A stretch of 64,000 nucleotides of DNA from Eledone cirrhosa (GCA_964016885.1 OZ024743.1:85250001-85314000); one strand, 5' to 3'; numbered from the stretch's first letter, positions 38,350 to 52,827 are shown. The notes: a model not told the origin generated them from the sequence alone. Made by a program: numbers and translations.

Positions 38350-38386
38350 CATTTATTTTTATAAAATTAAATGCTGCTGCAGCTGT

Positions 38387-38490
<104 letters not shown>

Positions 38491-38612
38491 GCTTCAATGC
38501 AGTTTTGTGACAGGTGCTGCTGCAGTATGGCCAGTAGTCTGTTTCTGAGTCATGATCTCTGGCTCAGCTATTATTTTACAGCTGTCTTTGAGGAAAGGCA
38601 TCAACATCATGG

Positions 38613-38647
<35 letters not shown>

Positions 38648-38786
38648 ATATATATAATATATATATATATTATTATCATCATCGTTTAACGTCCATCTTC
38701 CATGCTAGCATGTGTGTGTATATATATATATATATATATACATGTGTGTGTGTATATGTATATATAAATACACATATATATATATT

Positions 38787-38817
<31 letters not shown>

Positions 38818-39067
38818 GTATATATATATATATGTATATATATATGTATATATATGTATATATATATACATATTTATTTATATATATATATATATATTTA
38901 TATATGTGTATCTATATATACACCATCCACCTCCACCACCATCACCATCACTGACACCATCCACCACCACCTCCGTCACTGACACCATCCACCACCACCT
39001 CCGTCACTGACACTATCCACCAACACCACCATCACCAGCGATCAGGCCTTAAAAACAACTATATTAA

Positions 39068-39255
39068 TAGTTGTTTCTACTTTTGGCACAAGGCCAGCAA
39101 TTACCCAGTGTATTACTGGTACTTTATTTTATCGACCCTGTGGGGATGAAAGGCAGGGTTGGCCTCGGCGGGATTTGAACTCAGAATGGCAAGGGCCGTA
39201 ACTCTATGCATGAAAGCATGGCATCCGACCCTCTACCAATACTGCCAATCCACCA
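39068..39255 (-). mobile_element. S1 SINE
   Basis: Full head, central domain and tail. Confidence 0.85.
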
Positions 39256-39599
39256 ATACTAAATAACTATTCTGTTCTTGGCACGATTGTCTCAGCGCAT
39301 TGCTGGTGCCTTGTTTTTTGGGGCCTGGAGAGTGGAGAGCCGTTGCTCTTTACTGTGAAGCAAACAAGTATTATTATTATTATATAAAAACTGAGCTGGA
39401 CTGGAAAAGTCAACAGTTGATTTTGTATCAATACTGACGGTAATATATATATATATGTATGTGTTTGTGTGTGTGAGTGGTGTGGGTATTTGTATGCATG
39501 AGTGTTGGTGTGTGAGTGGCGTCTGTGTTTGTAGTTTGTATGCATGAGTGTTGGTGTGTGAGTGACTGGGTGTGTGTGTGTGTGCCGTGAGTGTCAATA

Positions 39600-42500
39600 A
39601 GTGTTTTTTTTTATGACCATGCTGTAAAATGGAGGGGTAGAGAGGCCCCTTGAGTCTAGTAAGACATCCTCTCTAGTGTTGGTGGCACAAATAAAACCAC
39701 CCAGTCCATGCTGTAAAGTGGCGCTGGTGTTAGGAAGGGCATCCAACCAGTGTATCGATGCCAAAATGATTATCAGCACAGCAACAAGTAGATAGGAACA
39801 ACAAAATATGAAGACGTCGCATCTTAGAGTTGCAACACTTAATGTTGGCACTCTCAGAGGTAAATCTGCTGAAATAGCGGAGATGCTGGAAAGAAGGCAT
39901 GTGGATGTGTGCTGCGTACAAGAGGTGAGATGGAGAGGTGCCTCTGCGAGACTAGTCATAGGCAAACATCTTAGCTATAAGCTTTTCTGGGTAGGTAAGG
40001 ATGATGGGTTAGGGGTAGTAGGCATTTTCCTGGCTGAGAGATGGATCAATAAGACAATAGAGTTAGTGATCGAATAATTAAGCTTAGATTAGTTGTAGGC
40101 AGGAGACTACTGACAATCATCTCTGCCTATGCTCCACAAGCAGGCCTAGGCAAAGAAGAGAAAGACTGCTTTTACGAGCAACTTTTACAAACAACCGCAA
40201 TGACAGAGGACGGAGACATCATTATGCTAGCAGAGGACTTCAATGGTCATGTTGGACAGCTCCAGGATGGTTACACTGGCGTACATGGTGGGCACAGTTA
40301 TGGCTCAAGAAATGAAGAAGGAGTGAGACTTCTTGAATTTTGTCATGCAAGTACACTGACTATTTGCAACACTAACTTCCAGAAAACTGCCAACCACCTA
40401 ATAACCTACAAATCTGGCGAGCACATAAGCCAGATTGACTTCTTACCAGTTAGGCAGAGGGACAGACAGATGGTGTCAAATACCAAGGCATACCTTGGGG
40501 AAGAATGTACCCCACAGCATAGGTTAGTCGTTAGTGATATCTCAGTAAGCAAGAGATGGAATGAGACATACAGGAAGGTGTGGAGAAGAAAGGTCTGGAA
40601 GCTAAAAGACCTCTCACTAAAATACAAATTTAGGAAAGCCCTCCAAGATGTGTATGACGAAAAAGAAGACGATTTAGAGACGTATGACATAGATAATAAC
40701 TGGAATTTCTTACGTGACAACTTACTGCAGGCAACTGATGAAACTTGTGGCTGAAGCAGAGCTCCAACCAGACAGAAAGTGACCTGGTGGTGGAACAGCA
40801 CAGTAGATAAGGCCATTAGAGACAAAAGACTAGCATGGAAGGCTTGGAAAAAGGGTGGGAGTAGGGAAGGATATACAGCCACTAAGAGAGAAGCTAGACG
40901 TCAGGTGTACTTAGAACGCAGGGGGGCTGAGAGTAGGAGGTTTGCCAATGTTCTGCGACAGGAAGACCAGAGGCATGCGGTGTTCCACATTGCAAGGCAG
41001 TGTGTCAATGCAAATCAAGATGTTGTTGGAGATAAATGTGTCCGGAATGTTGCCGGTGTACTTAGTATCACGAATGATCAGAAAAAGGAGGCCCGGAAAT
41101 GTCATTACGAGGGACTGATGAATGTGGAGAACGAATGGGAGAGAGAGAAACTACCCCCAGTAGACTCAATAGAGGGACCAGCTATTGAGATTGATGAATA
41201 TAGGGTCCAAGAGGCAATTAAGGAAATGAAAAATGGTAAGGCTGCTGGACCATCGGGGATAGTTGATGAGATGCTGAAGGCATCAGGGGATGTAGGCGCT
41301 AAACTGGCTGTACGCATCATCAATCAGGCTATATATGGTGGTGTCATACCCAAAGACTGGTGCAGCAGTATTCTCATAAATTGCTACAAAGGTAAAGGGG
41401 ATGTTCTGGAGGGGAGCAATTATAGGGGGTATAAAACTGATGGATCAGGTTATGGAAGTGGCAGAAAGGATATTAGCACAACTGATTAGAGAAAGGGTCA
41501 AACTAGATGAGATGCAGTTTGGTTTTGTGTCTGGCAAGAGTACAACAGATGCCCTCTTCTTGGTGAGACAATTACAAGAGAGGTTCTTAGAGAAAAATAA
41601 GCCACTATACTTAGCCTTTGTTGACCTAGAGAAGGCCTTTGATAGGGTACCTGATCTGTCATCTGGTGGTCCCTAAGGAAACTAGGTGTTGAGGAATGGC
41701 TTGTGAGGACAGTGCAAACTTTGTACAGAGGTAAAGTCAGAGTACGAATGGAGTTTAGTGAGGAATTCCAGATACAAGTAGGAGTACATCAGGGTTCGGT
41801 CCTCAGCCTGCTCTTGTTCATTATAGTCCTCCAAGCCATAACAGAGGAGTTTAAGACTGGCTGTCCATGGGAACTTCTCTATGCTGACGATCTGGTTCTT
41901 ATAGCAGAATCAGTAGAGGAGCTAGAGAATAAATTCTGGCTATAGAAACAGCAGTTGGAAGCAAAAGAACTGAGAGTGAACCTAGCTAAGACAAAAGTAT
42001 TGATGAGTAGAAAAGAGGACAAAACCCTGATTACGCCAGGGAAATGGCCATGTTTGATATGCAGAAAAGGAACTGGCATAAATTCTATAAAATGCACACA
42101 ATGCAGATCCTGGGTACACAAGTGATGTAGTGGGATAGCAGGGAAACTAACAGGTAGGGAGAAATACGTATGCAGCAGATGTACAGGGAAATTTGACAGT
42201 AGAAGTCGCATTGACACACATTTTTCAAAAGCAGGCGGGTGTTATAGAAGTGGTGGATAGCTTCCGGTACCTAGGAGATCAGATTAGCATGTGAGGGGGG
42301 GGGGGGAGTTCCGAGGCCATAGTATCTAGAATAAGGACGGGTTGGAAGAAGTTTAGGGAACTGCTTTCTCTGCTCACGAAGAAGGGTTTCTCCCTGGTTA
42401 TATGATGCCTGTGTGAGGAGTGCGATGCTGCATGGTAGTGAGACATGGGCAGCAACTGCAGAGGATATGCGACGTCTGGAGAGAAATGAGGCAAGCATGC

Positions 42501-42867
42501 TCCGTTGGATGTGCAATGTCAAAGTGCGTGAACGACCCAGCATGAATGTGTTGAGAGAAAAACTGTGTCTGAGAGGGATAGAATGTAGTGTGCGAGAGAG
42601 GAGACTGAGGTGGTATGGACATGTGATGCGCATTGAGGATGACCGATGGGTGAAGAAGTGCCAAGAAATGCCAGTTGAAGGAAGACGTGGTAGAGGTAAA
42701 CCACGAAAAACATGGGCGAAGATGGTGAGAACAGACCTCAGATCATTGAAGCTCACGGTGGAGATGACAAGGGACCGTGACATGTGGAGAGATGCTGTGC
42801 TGAATAAGACCCATCCCACCCTTGCAAGCAGGGAAAAGCGGATGTAAGATGATGATGATGGTGATGA
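39600..42867 (+). mobile_element. Near-full-length RTE-clade LINE (APE endonuclease, RT, PHD-like finger), inactivated by stops and frameshifts
   Basis: From ATG 39808: LRVATLNVGTL, CCVQEVRW, SAYAPQ, EDFNGHVG, SQIDF, PQHRLVV (APE); TWWWN; KGKGD, QFGF, FVDLEKAFD, GVHQGSVLS, LLYADD; CLIC..CTQC..H; LHGSETW; (GAT)n tail. The 5' boundary is approximate. Confidence 0.95.
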
Positions 42868-43096
42868 TATATTTATATATATATATATATTATGTATATA
42901 TATATTGATATATATATATGTGTATATATATATATATTTATATATATGTGTATATATATATATATGTGTATATATATATATATATATTCATATATATATG
43001 TGTATTTATATATATATGTGTATATATATATATATTCATATATATATGTGTATATATATATATATTCATATATATATGTGTATATATATATATATT

Positions 43097-43130
<34 letters not shown>

Positions 43131-43396
43131 TATATTCAAATATATATATGTGTGTATATATATTTATATATATGTGTGTATATATATATAATTTATTAAC
43201 AAAACGTGGTCAACTGACCTGTCTGGCCTTATAACATGACATCCTGTCTAAGCCATGCAAGCATGGAAAACAAATGTTAAACAGAGATGATGATGATGAT
43301 GATGATGATGATACACACACACATGCACACACATATATATATGCACACATACATATATATAAACACACACACATATATATATATATATATATGCAC

Positions 43397-43427
<31 letters not shown>

Positions 43428-43995
43428 CACACACCTATATCCATTATTTCTCTCCACCACCACCATCAATACTCTGCAAATCTCTTTAGTAGTCAAGCAA
43501 TTACTTCCTTCTCCTTTTAATCAACTCCAGAGGACTCTCTATATAGCGAACCTTTTAAATCAATGTTGAATTTTTGGTTAACCTATGCCAGCATGATATA
43601 ATGGATATAAAATGATGGTGATGATGATGATGATGATGTATATATGTGTGTGTGTATATATATATATATGTATTTATATATATATATATATATATATTTA
43701 CATATATATATATATATATACATATATATACATATACATATATATATATACATATACATATATATATATACATATATATATATATACATATATATATATA
43801 CATATATATACATATATATATATACATATATATACATATATATACATATATATATATACATATATATACATATATATATATACATATATATACATATATA
43901 TATACATATATATATACATATATATATACATATATATACATATATATATACATATATATACATATATACATATATATATATATATAGAGAGAGAG
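42868..43995. repeat. Long (TA)n/(TATG)n/(TACA)n arrays with short RTE tails
   Basis: Read directly. Confidence 0.9.
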
Positions 43996-44044
43996 AGATT
44001 TAAAAGAGTCGAAGTCAGTATTGCATCATAAGTACAAACTTTAT

Positions 44045-44125
44045 TTGCATATTACAATTGTTTCGATATCGATCAGCTCAGGATACAATCAAGGGGACGG
44101 GGTCCAACTCTCATCAGATATGCAA
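44045..44125 (-). ncRNA. Type I hammerhead ribozyme with extended helix II
   Basis: TTGCATAT-CTGATGA-GAG...ATC-GAAAC-AATT-GT-A-ATATGCAA: 8-bp helix I, palindromic ACAATTGT, GUA site, AATAAA. Helix II is imperfect. The downstream 50 nt recur inverted at about 44150-44198. Confidence 0.8.
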
Positions 44126-44316
44126 GATTATATGTGCAAAGACACATCTAAACAGTTTGTACATATGCTGCAACACTGACTTCAACTCTTTTAAATCTAT
44201 TTACACTTTGCACACTACAGCCGTAACACTAGAATACAACCCAGACGAAACGGACCTCATAACAACATTGAGTGCTTCAAAGGGCACGTCACCTGTAACT
44301 GTTGTTACACACTTAA

Positions 44317-44371
<55 letters not shown>

Positions 44372-44461
44372 ATGTATATATATATATATGTTTCAACATA
44401 TATATATATATGTTGAAACATATATATATATACATATACATATATACATATATATATATAA

Positions 44462-44620
44462 GAAAAGAGTCAGGACCCCGACGGCTGAGCTCCGGCCATT
44501 TCAACAGCTAGCTCAGCCGTCGGGGTCCTGACTCTTTTCCTATTACCCACTCTGCTACCCTAAGTATTGAGTACTCTGGTGCATTATGGTCCACCTGGTT
44601 CCTTACCACACTTTCTTTGT
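44462..44620 (+). mobile_element. HHR family B copy 2: 29-bp perfect inverted arms plus tail
   Basis: Arms 44462-44490 and 44511-44539; the minus strand reads GAAATGGC-cggagctca-GCCGT-C-GGGGTC; tail contains TATTGAGTAC. Confidence 0.75.
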
Positions 44621-44789
44621 TATATACATATATATACATATATATATATATAAAAGGGTATTGATATTTCAACAGGCACTAGGTATCTATAGAAATATGC
44701 AAGGTGTTTATAATAGTTGTGGTTCGATGGTACTAATTTGAGAATTGTTTGATAATTGCTTGCTCCGCTCTTTTTATATATATATATAT

Positions 44790-44915
44790 ATTCATTATTA
44801 TTAAGGCTAAATATTGAGTCTTGTTATTCTGGAGTTTCGCCTGTTTGTCACAGAGTTGTATTAAAACTCTACTTTGGTATTTAGTACTCTTTTCTCTCAG
44901 CCATCAACCACGGAT
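44790..44915. mobile_element. HHR family C copy with internal inversion
   Basis: 44790-44853 is the reverse complement of about 55959-56022, while 44859-44911 is co-linear with 56021-56072. Confidence 0.75.
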
Positions 44916-45007
44916 ATATATATAGTATATAAGTGTTCACTAGAACATGAATAGTAGCAGCTCAGATATTAGAACTCAATGCTATTTTGTAGCAGAGTAA
45001 TATATAA

Positions 45008-45187
45008 TATAATTGTTTCTACTTTAGGCACAAGGCCAGCAATTACTGGTACTTTATTTTATCGACCCCGTAGGGATGAAAGGCAAAGTCAACCTCGGCG
45101 GGATTTGAACTCAGACCGTAAAGGGACGTAACTATGCTGGAAAGCATGGTGTCCGACCCTCTACCGATACTGCCAATCCACCGCCCT
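45008..45187 (-). mobile_element. S1 SINE with target-site duplication
   Basis: CAGAGTAATATATAATATA at 44993 and 45192. Confidence 0.9.
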
Positions 45188-46130
45188 TTGCCAGAGTAAT
45201 ATATAATATACAATATAAGATCAATGTTGACAGCCCGTTTCAGTGGACATTCTCCATAGCAATGTTTTGAAGAGCTACCTTAGTAAAACAAACTTATAAA
45301 CAACATTGACCTGAATATACACATACATGTCTCTCTCTTTCTCTCTTTTTCACTGTGTGTCTTTCTCTCTCTTGCCCACCCCCTCTCTTTCTCCCTCCCC
45401 CCTCTCTCAATAGCAATAAAGCCACAATTGAAACTAGATGTTAGTAACTCTTTTTCACTATATAGCAACAAAACACTATAAGTTAATTGTCAAAAACTCT
45501 AGAAAAACATTAGATTTTTAGGCCCATCACCTGTTATTTTGCTAAGTTATGCAGTTTGATATATCACCTGTTTTTGGCATTATGTCACCCATTTCTGGTT
45601 AATTTATCCAATACATCACCTGTTTTTTGGTTAAGTTATCCAATCTGGCTGATATATCGCATATTTTTGGCTATGTTATCAAGTCCAATATGTCATCTGT
45701 TTTTGGCTAAGTTATCTAGTCCAATATATATTGATATATGGGACAGGCATTGTTATAAGGGTTAAATGAAAAAAGACAAACAAATATGAGATAATTTTTT
45801 TCATTTCTGCTACTGTTCTTCTGCTAATTCTGTCTTCCAAACCATAATCTAGTTTGATCTATTCACTCAACCACACATTGTGTTCACTAAATACAATTAT
45901 TAAAACTATTTGAGATTTGGGCAGTGAATAAAAAAGGATACCACAACTACCACAAACACCCCTACCACCACTGGACTCCTCTTTAACACGGAACCCAAAC
46001 CCTACCCACCACACCAACAGCAGGTACTACAATAAACATCACCACCATGATCAACAACAACAATAACATTCCCTATCTTTATAATAGGTGCATTTTGTTT
46101 CTATTTGGCAACAACAACAATATTTGGGTA

Positions 46131-46211
<81 letters not shown>

Positions 46212-46706
46212 TGTATTTGCTAGCCTATTGAAAGCCCCTTCACATAAGATACCACCATGGTTTTACAAGGACATTTTGAGAAAAAAATGAATTTTAGTAC
46301 ATTTCTTTATAAATTTATTAAACATTATTACAGTGTTTTTACAAAAAACTCTTATATAAGTTCAACATCATTTTTCTTATATAAACTGCATTGTATTACT
46401 GTATTAGTAATACTAATAGTAATACAAACTAAATTTTTTATATGTTTTTTGGGGGGGTAAAAAGTGCATCCAATAGGCAGTCAAATACGCTATGTACATG
46501 TACATATATGCATATATATATGCCCGTCCAAACCCATGCAAGCGTGGAAGATGGACGTTAAACGATGATGATGATGATGATGATGATAATGATATATATA
46601 TATATATATATAGATGTTTCCTTTGCAATTCCTTTAAACTGTTGTTCATACATACACATACACATATACCAATGCTGCCCTTTCTTCTTAAAGCTACTAT
46701 ATTTAC

Positions 46707-46739
<33 letters not shown>

Positions 46740-47287
46740 TATACATATATTAGCTTTCTCCACCATTTCTGTGTACATTAAATATTACTTAGAATTATTA
46801 ATGCTTCCATTTCTTTTTTTTTTCCACGTCAGTATGTGTCCTTTATCGAGAATTATTTAAATTTCATCTCGAGTATGCTTCCATACATAACTGTATTAAG
46901 TACAACTAGCAAACATAGAGCCTGTAAATTAATGTTCATTAAGCTTCAGTATGGTAGTGTATGGTAGACATAATCAATCCAAGCTTTATCGGCCTTTGCA
47001 TTTCTCTTAAACATAACATTGGTGGTGTGGAATGGGTATATCTGCATGCTTGGGCAACTGCTGGTCTTCTACAAAAGATCTTGCCTCACAGAGGAACCTT
47101 TCCAGGTAAAATTCATGGTGAATTATGATAGAAGGGGACCTTTTCAAAGATAATATTAAATACTCCCATAATGGACATGTAAAGAAAAAAACACTTAAAC
47201 AAATACTTGAATTCTCTAAATACTTGTAAATGTTTGTATTGAAAAAATAACAGCAACAAATATTCTGATGCCATGATGAAAAAACTT

Positions 47288-47993
47288 CCAGTCTACCCTG
47301 TAAGGTGGTCGAGCTGGTGCTATGACAAATGCACCCAGTCTACCCTGTAAGGTGGTCAAGCTGGTGCTACAACAAATGCACCCAGTCTACCCTGTAAGGT
47401 GGTCAAGCTGGTGCTACAACAAATGCACCCAGTCTACCCTGTAAGGTGGTCAAGCTGGTGCTATGACAAATGCACCCAGTCTACCCTGTAAGGTGGTCAA
47501 GCTGGTGCTATGACAAATGCACCCAGTCTACCCTGTAAGGTGGTCAAGCTGGTGCTACAACAAATGCACCCAGTCTACCCTGTAAGGTGGTCAAGCTGGT
47601 GCTATGACAAATGCACCCAGTCTACCCTGTAAGGTGGTCAAGCTGGTGCTACAACAAATTCACCCAGTCTACTCTGTAAGGTGGTCAAGCTGGTGCTACA
47701 ACAAATGCACCCAGTCTACCCTGTAAGGTGGTCAAGCTGGTGCTACAACAAATGCACCCAGTCTACCCTGTAAGGTGGTCGAGCTGGTGCTACAACAAAT
47801 TCACCCAGTCTACCCTGTAAGGTGGTCGAGCTGGTGCTACGACAAATGCACCCAGTCTACTCTGTAAGGTGGTCGAGCTGGTGCTACGACAAATGCACCC
47901 AGTCTACCCCGTAAGGTGGTCAAGCTGGTGCTATGACAAAAAGCACCCAGTCTACTCTGTAAGGTGCTTGAGCTGGTGCTATGACAAATGCAC
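47288..47993 (+). repeat. 47-bp minisatellite, 15 units, derived from an RTE-related element
   Basis: Unit CCAGTCTACCCTGTAAGGTGGTCAAGCTGGTGCTAyrACAAATGCAC, followed by AAAGCATCCAGC and an RTE tail at 48157-48215. Confidence 0.9.
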
Positions 47994-48655
47994 CCTGTGC
48001 ACTCTGTCAAGGAGTTGAGCTAGGTCAATGAAAAAGCATCCAGCCTGCCCAGTCTACCCTGTCAGGGGGTTGTACATACTATAAAGTGGCACTCAACCAC
48101 AGAAATGAAGGCAGAAAAAGCAAGATATAGTCATCAGTCTGTGACAGCTTGTCTGATCCATGTAAGCATGGAAAATAGATGTTAAACGGTGGTAATGATG
48201 ATGATGATGATGGTGATGGAAGTATTTTCAATTATATGGAAGTATCTTTATTTTTTATTTTGCTTAAATGTCATCTATACATTTCCAAAATGAAAGTATT
48301 TACTATGTTAATTATATCACTCATATCCTTCCATACAATTGATGTGTGAACGTCAGTTCTTGGGACCTGAGTTCCCTGTATTAATGGGTTTCTATTTACT
48401 TCTTTTCCCTCCATGTTCTCATTTACTCAGTTAATCCCCTTTCTACTCCAAAAAATTCTACACATTAAAGTCTTCTACTTAGTCTGATTAAATCTACCAT
48501 TATATATATACGTATGTGTATGTGTATGCATGTATGTATATTTACGCAAGTATGTATGTGTATGTATGTATTATGTAAGTTTGCCTTCTTTTACTTAGCC
48601 TAATTAAACCTGGTATTATCAATGTATATATGTATATATATATATGTATGTATTA

Positions 48656-48720
<65 letters not shown>

Positions 48721-49264
48721 TGTATATATAAATATATATACACACATATATATGGATGGAGTGATATTTATAAACGTCTGCATATGTGCATATTTTTACA
48801 TGTCATCTCTTTTTCTTTGTAAAAAGTAACACTAACCAATAACAAGGAGTTGCCTCCCCTGATTATTTAAATTGCAAATAAGAAAAAGGTGTTTTACTGA
48901 AATAATGTTTTTTTTAATTTAAATTTAGTATAAAGGACAACTATTGGGTGGGGGGTGGGGTGAAGTCTGTTATATTGACCCTACTACTTGACTGGTATTT
49001 ATTTTTATCGGCTGCAGAAATATGAAAGGCAAAGTTGACCTCAGCGAGCTTTTAACTCAGAATATAAGGAGCTGTAATAAATACAGCTAAAGATTTATCT
49101 GATGCTCTACCGACTCAGCCAACCTATCGCTTTTGTTTTATTGAAATAATAAAAGGTGTTTTTTTTTAGAACGTAAATTTCAGAAATAGTTAGAATAGCA
49201 ACTCTGCAGTTGTTAACACAGCTGCACTTCATAATACCGGACTGCACCAGTTTCTGCAGGACTG

Positions 49265-50478
49265 TGCCAGTTATTACAGGAATGCACCAGTTAACACAAG
49301 ACTGCACCAGTTAATACAGGACTGTATCAGTTAACACAGGGCTGTATCAGTTAACACCTGACTGTACCAGTTAACACCTGACTGTACCAGTTAACACAAG
49401 ACTGCACCAGTTAACACAAGACTGTACCAGTTAACACAGGACTGTACCAGTTAACACAAGACTGCGCCAGTTAACACAAGACTGTACCAGTTAACACAGG
49501 GATGTATCAGTTAACACAAGACTGTACCAGTTAACACCTGACTGTACCAGTTAACATAAGACTACACCAGTTAACACAGGACTGTATGAGTTAACACCAG
49601 ACTGTACCAGTTAACACAAGACTACACCAGTTAACACAGGACTGTATGAGTTAACACCTGACTGTACCAGTTAACACAAGACTACACCAGTTAACACAGG
49701 ACTGTATGAGTTAACACCTGACTGTACCAGTTAACACAAGACTACACCAGTTAACACAGGACTGTATACCAGTTAACACAAGACTGCACCAGTTAACACA
49801 AGACTACATCAGTTAACACAGGACTGTATGAGATAACACAGGACTGCACTAGTTAACACAAGACTACACCAGTTAACACAGGACTGTATGAGTTAACACC
49901 TGACTGTACCAGTTAACACAAGACTACACCAGTTAACACAGGACTGTATACCAGTTAACACAGGACTGCACTAGTTAACACAAGACTGCACCAGTTAACA
50001 CAAGACTGCACCAGTTAACACAGGACTGTAGCAGTTAACACAAGACTACACCAGTTAAAACAGGACTGCACTAGTTAACACAAGACTGCACCAGTTAACA
50101 CAATACTGTACCAGTTAACACAGGACTGTACCAGTTAACACAAGACTGCACCAGTTAACACAAGACTGTACCAGTTAACACAAGACTGTACCAGTTAACA
50201 CCTGACTGTACCAGTTAACACAAGAGTGTGCCAGTTAACACAAGACTGCGTCAGTTAACACCTGACTGTACCAGTTAACACAAGACAGTACCAGTTAACA
50301 CAGGACTGTACCAGTTAACACAAGACTGTATCAGTTAACACAAGATTACACCAGTTAACACAGGACTGCGCTAGTTAATACAGGACTGCACTAGTTAACA
50401 CAAGACTGTACCAGTTAACACAAGACTGCACCAGTTAACAAAGGACTGCATCAGTAAATACACAACTGCACCAGTTAA
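49265..50478. repeat. 20-bp minisatellite, about 60 units
   Basis: Variants of CCAGTTAACACAAGACTGTA, with 60-bp higher-order periodicity at about 49560-49940. Confidence 0.95.
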
Positions 50479-51194
50479 GCGAAGAATACACTAGGAATAA
50501 CTCAATAATATACAAGGAATAACTGAAGAGTTCACTAGAAATAATTAAGTCATATACTAGAAATAGCTCCTTTTCTTAGTTAGGGTATAATAAGGGAGAC
50601 AACTTATCATTGCTCTTGTTTCTTTTTACAAATATATAAAAAGTTGCCCTATTTTCATTTTTTTTTTCCCAAAAATTTAATTCTATTCAAATTATCTCCC
50701 ATTTCATGCTCTTTAATTAGTGTATGTTTTTTTAGTCTCTTGTTTTTGTCATTAAAAAAAACGGAGTTTGTTTAATTTCGCTAACATTAACCCTCATCAT
50801 CATCATCTTCATTTTTACGTCCGTTTCCCATGCTTTTATGGGTTGGACGAGATCTTTTTCTCGCAGGTTTTCTACAGCCAGATGCCCTTTCAAATTGCTA
50901 CTCTGCCACACGTATTGTTTATGAGAGACATGATCATTGACGTGTGTCCCTTGTTTCAATGATAGGCCACGGGATAACACTCTACACCCCTAATTTTCAA
51001 ATGTGCAGTCTCAGATTTAGAAAAATATCTACGATTATATACTTATTACGAAACTCCACCTTAGAATTATTGTGAATTGGAGGACCTACCCGGAATATTT
51101 TTGAAGTCTCCCTGTCCCATGTACCAAAGCCTAGTGACAGGTTTGCATGGAGGTACTAGTGCTTATGATGACGACCATGGTGACAGTGATAGTA

Positions 51195-51625
51195 ATTTCA
51201 AATTTTGGTACAAGTCCAACAATCTTTGGTGGGAGGGCAAATTGTTTATATTAACCCCAGTACTTTATTTTATCAACCACAGAAGGATGAAAAGTTAAGT
51301 TGATCTCAATGGAATTTTAACTCAGAATGTAAAGAACTGTTACTAAATGGCACAAAACATTCTGTCTGAGGCTCTACCGATTCAGCTTATCCACTGCCCT
51401 GTTGTTGACAATAATAATTGTTTCTTATTTAGGCACAAGGCCAGCAATTTGGGGGAAGGGAAAGTAGATTAAATCGACCCCAGTGCATGACTGGAATTTA
51501 ATTTTGTTGACGCCGTAAGGAGGAAAGGCAAAGCTAACCTTGGCAGAATTTGAACTCTGACCCTAAAGGGCTGCATCTCTATGTCGTGAGGCATGATGTC
51601 CGGCGCTTTACTGATACTGCCAATA
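51195..51625 (-). mobile_element. Two diverged S1 SINEs
   Basis: GGCACAAGGCCAGCAATT, AAGG.TGAAA and GAACTC motifs; other diverged copies at 740-880, 48975-49130 and 52320-52510. Confidence 0.75.
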
Positions 51626-51819
51626 ATAACAATAGTTAGTTGACAGTAACATGTATAACTATATGTTATACAGCCTTATGTTATATTTTACTAAACTTTC
51701 TGTTGCAATCTCACCAAGGTTCTCTTGACTCAATATGTACAGGAATAGCAGTAATATACTGTGGCAGGAGGGCAGAGGTCATTTTGGTGTTGGACCAAAG
51801 ATAGATGGCAATGGCTGGA

Positions 51820-52320
51820 GGATGAGTGGAGTGTTGATTGGTTGGTAGAGTAAGAGGAGTGTGGAGCGGAGGATAGGAGAATATGTGAAGTGGGAACTGG
51901 TGGAGTATGGATTGAGGGTTGGTTGAATATGTTTAGTGCTGGTTGGTAGACAGTGTGGTGTGTTGAGTGGTGGTTGGTAGAATCAGTGGAGTGAGGGCTG
52001 GTGGTTGGTAGAATCAATGGAGTGAGGGCTGGTAGAATATGTAGAGTGAGAGTTGGTAGAATATGTAGAGTGAGGGTTTGGTAGAATATGTAGAGTGAGG
52101 GTTTGGTAGAATATGTTGAGAGAGGATTGGTAGAATATGTAGAGTGAGAGCTGGTGGTTGGTAGAATCTGTGGAGCGACGGTTGGTAGAATATATTAAGT
52201 GAGGGCTGGTGGTTGGTAGAATCAGTGGAGCGAGGGCTGGTGGTTGATAAAATTAGTGGAATGAGGGCTGATGGTTGGTAGACTCAGTGGAGTGAGGGCT
52301 GATGGCTGATAAAATCAGTC
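51820..52320. repeat. 24-31-bp purine-rich minisatellite
   Basis: Variants of gagtgagggctggtggttggtagaatcagtg. Confidence 0.85.
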
Positions 52321-52827
52321 CCTTTACATTCTGAGTTCAAATCCCACCAATATTAAAATTACCTTCAATCTTTCCAATGCCATAACGTAAGTAGCAGAGA
52401 TAGGAAATAATGCCATAGCGTATTTAGACACAATATTCTACATTCTGGGTTCAACTCCTGCTGAGGTCAACTTTGCAAGGTCTGATGAAATAAAGTACCT
52501 GTTATATATTGGGCTGAAATGTGGTTTTATAGACTGGATTCTACCTTAAATATATGTTTAAAATGTTCATTATCATCAACATAAGTGCCAGCACATCCAT
52601 CATCATCATCATCATCATCATCATAACCCCTACTACCACCATCCTCATCATCATAGTCATTGTTCTTCATCAGATATCTAATTAGTCTTTGTCAAGTCAA
52701 CTCCAACAATTATATTTTTACAGATTTTATTCACAAATTCCTCTGCTGTTGTTTTTCTTTTTAAGCTAGCCACCATCACCCAGAACTCAAATACCAGTCA
52801 ACAATGATATATGATATATATGTAAGA

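Noticed and set aside
47288-47993. CRISPR-like regular array (also 49265-50478 and 63112-63690)
   Set aside because: Units are contiguous with no unique spacers and no cas genes, and the context is eukaryotic.
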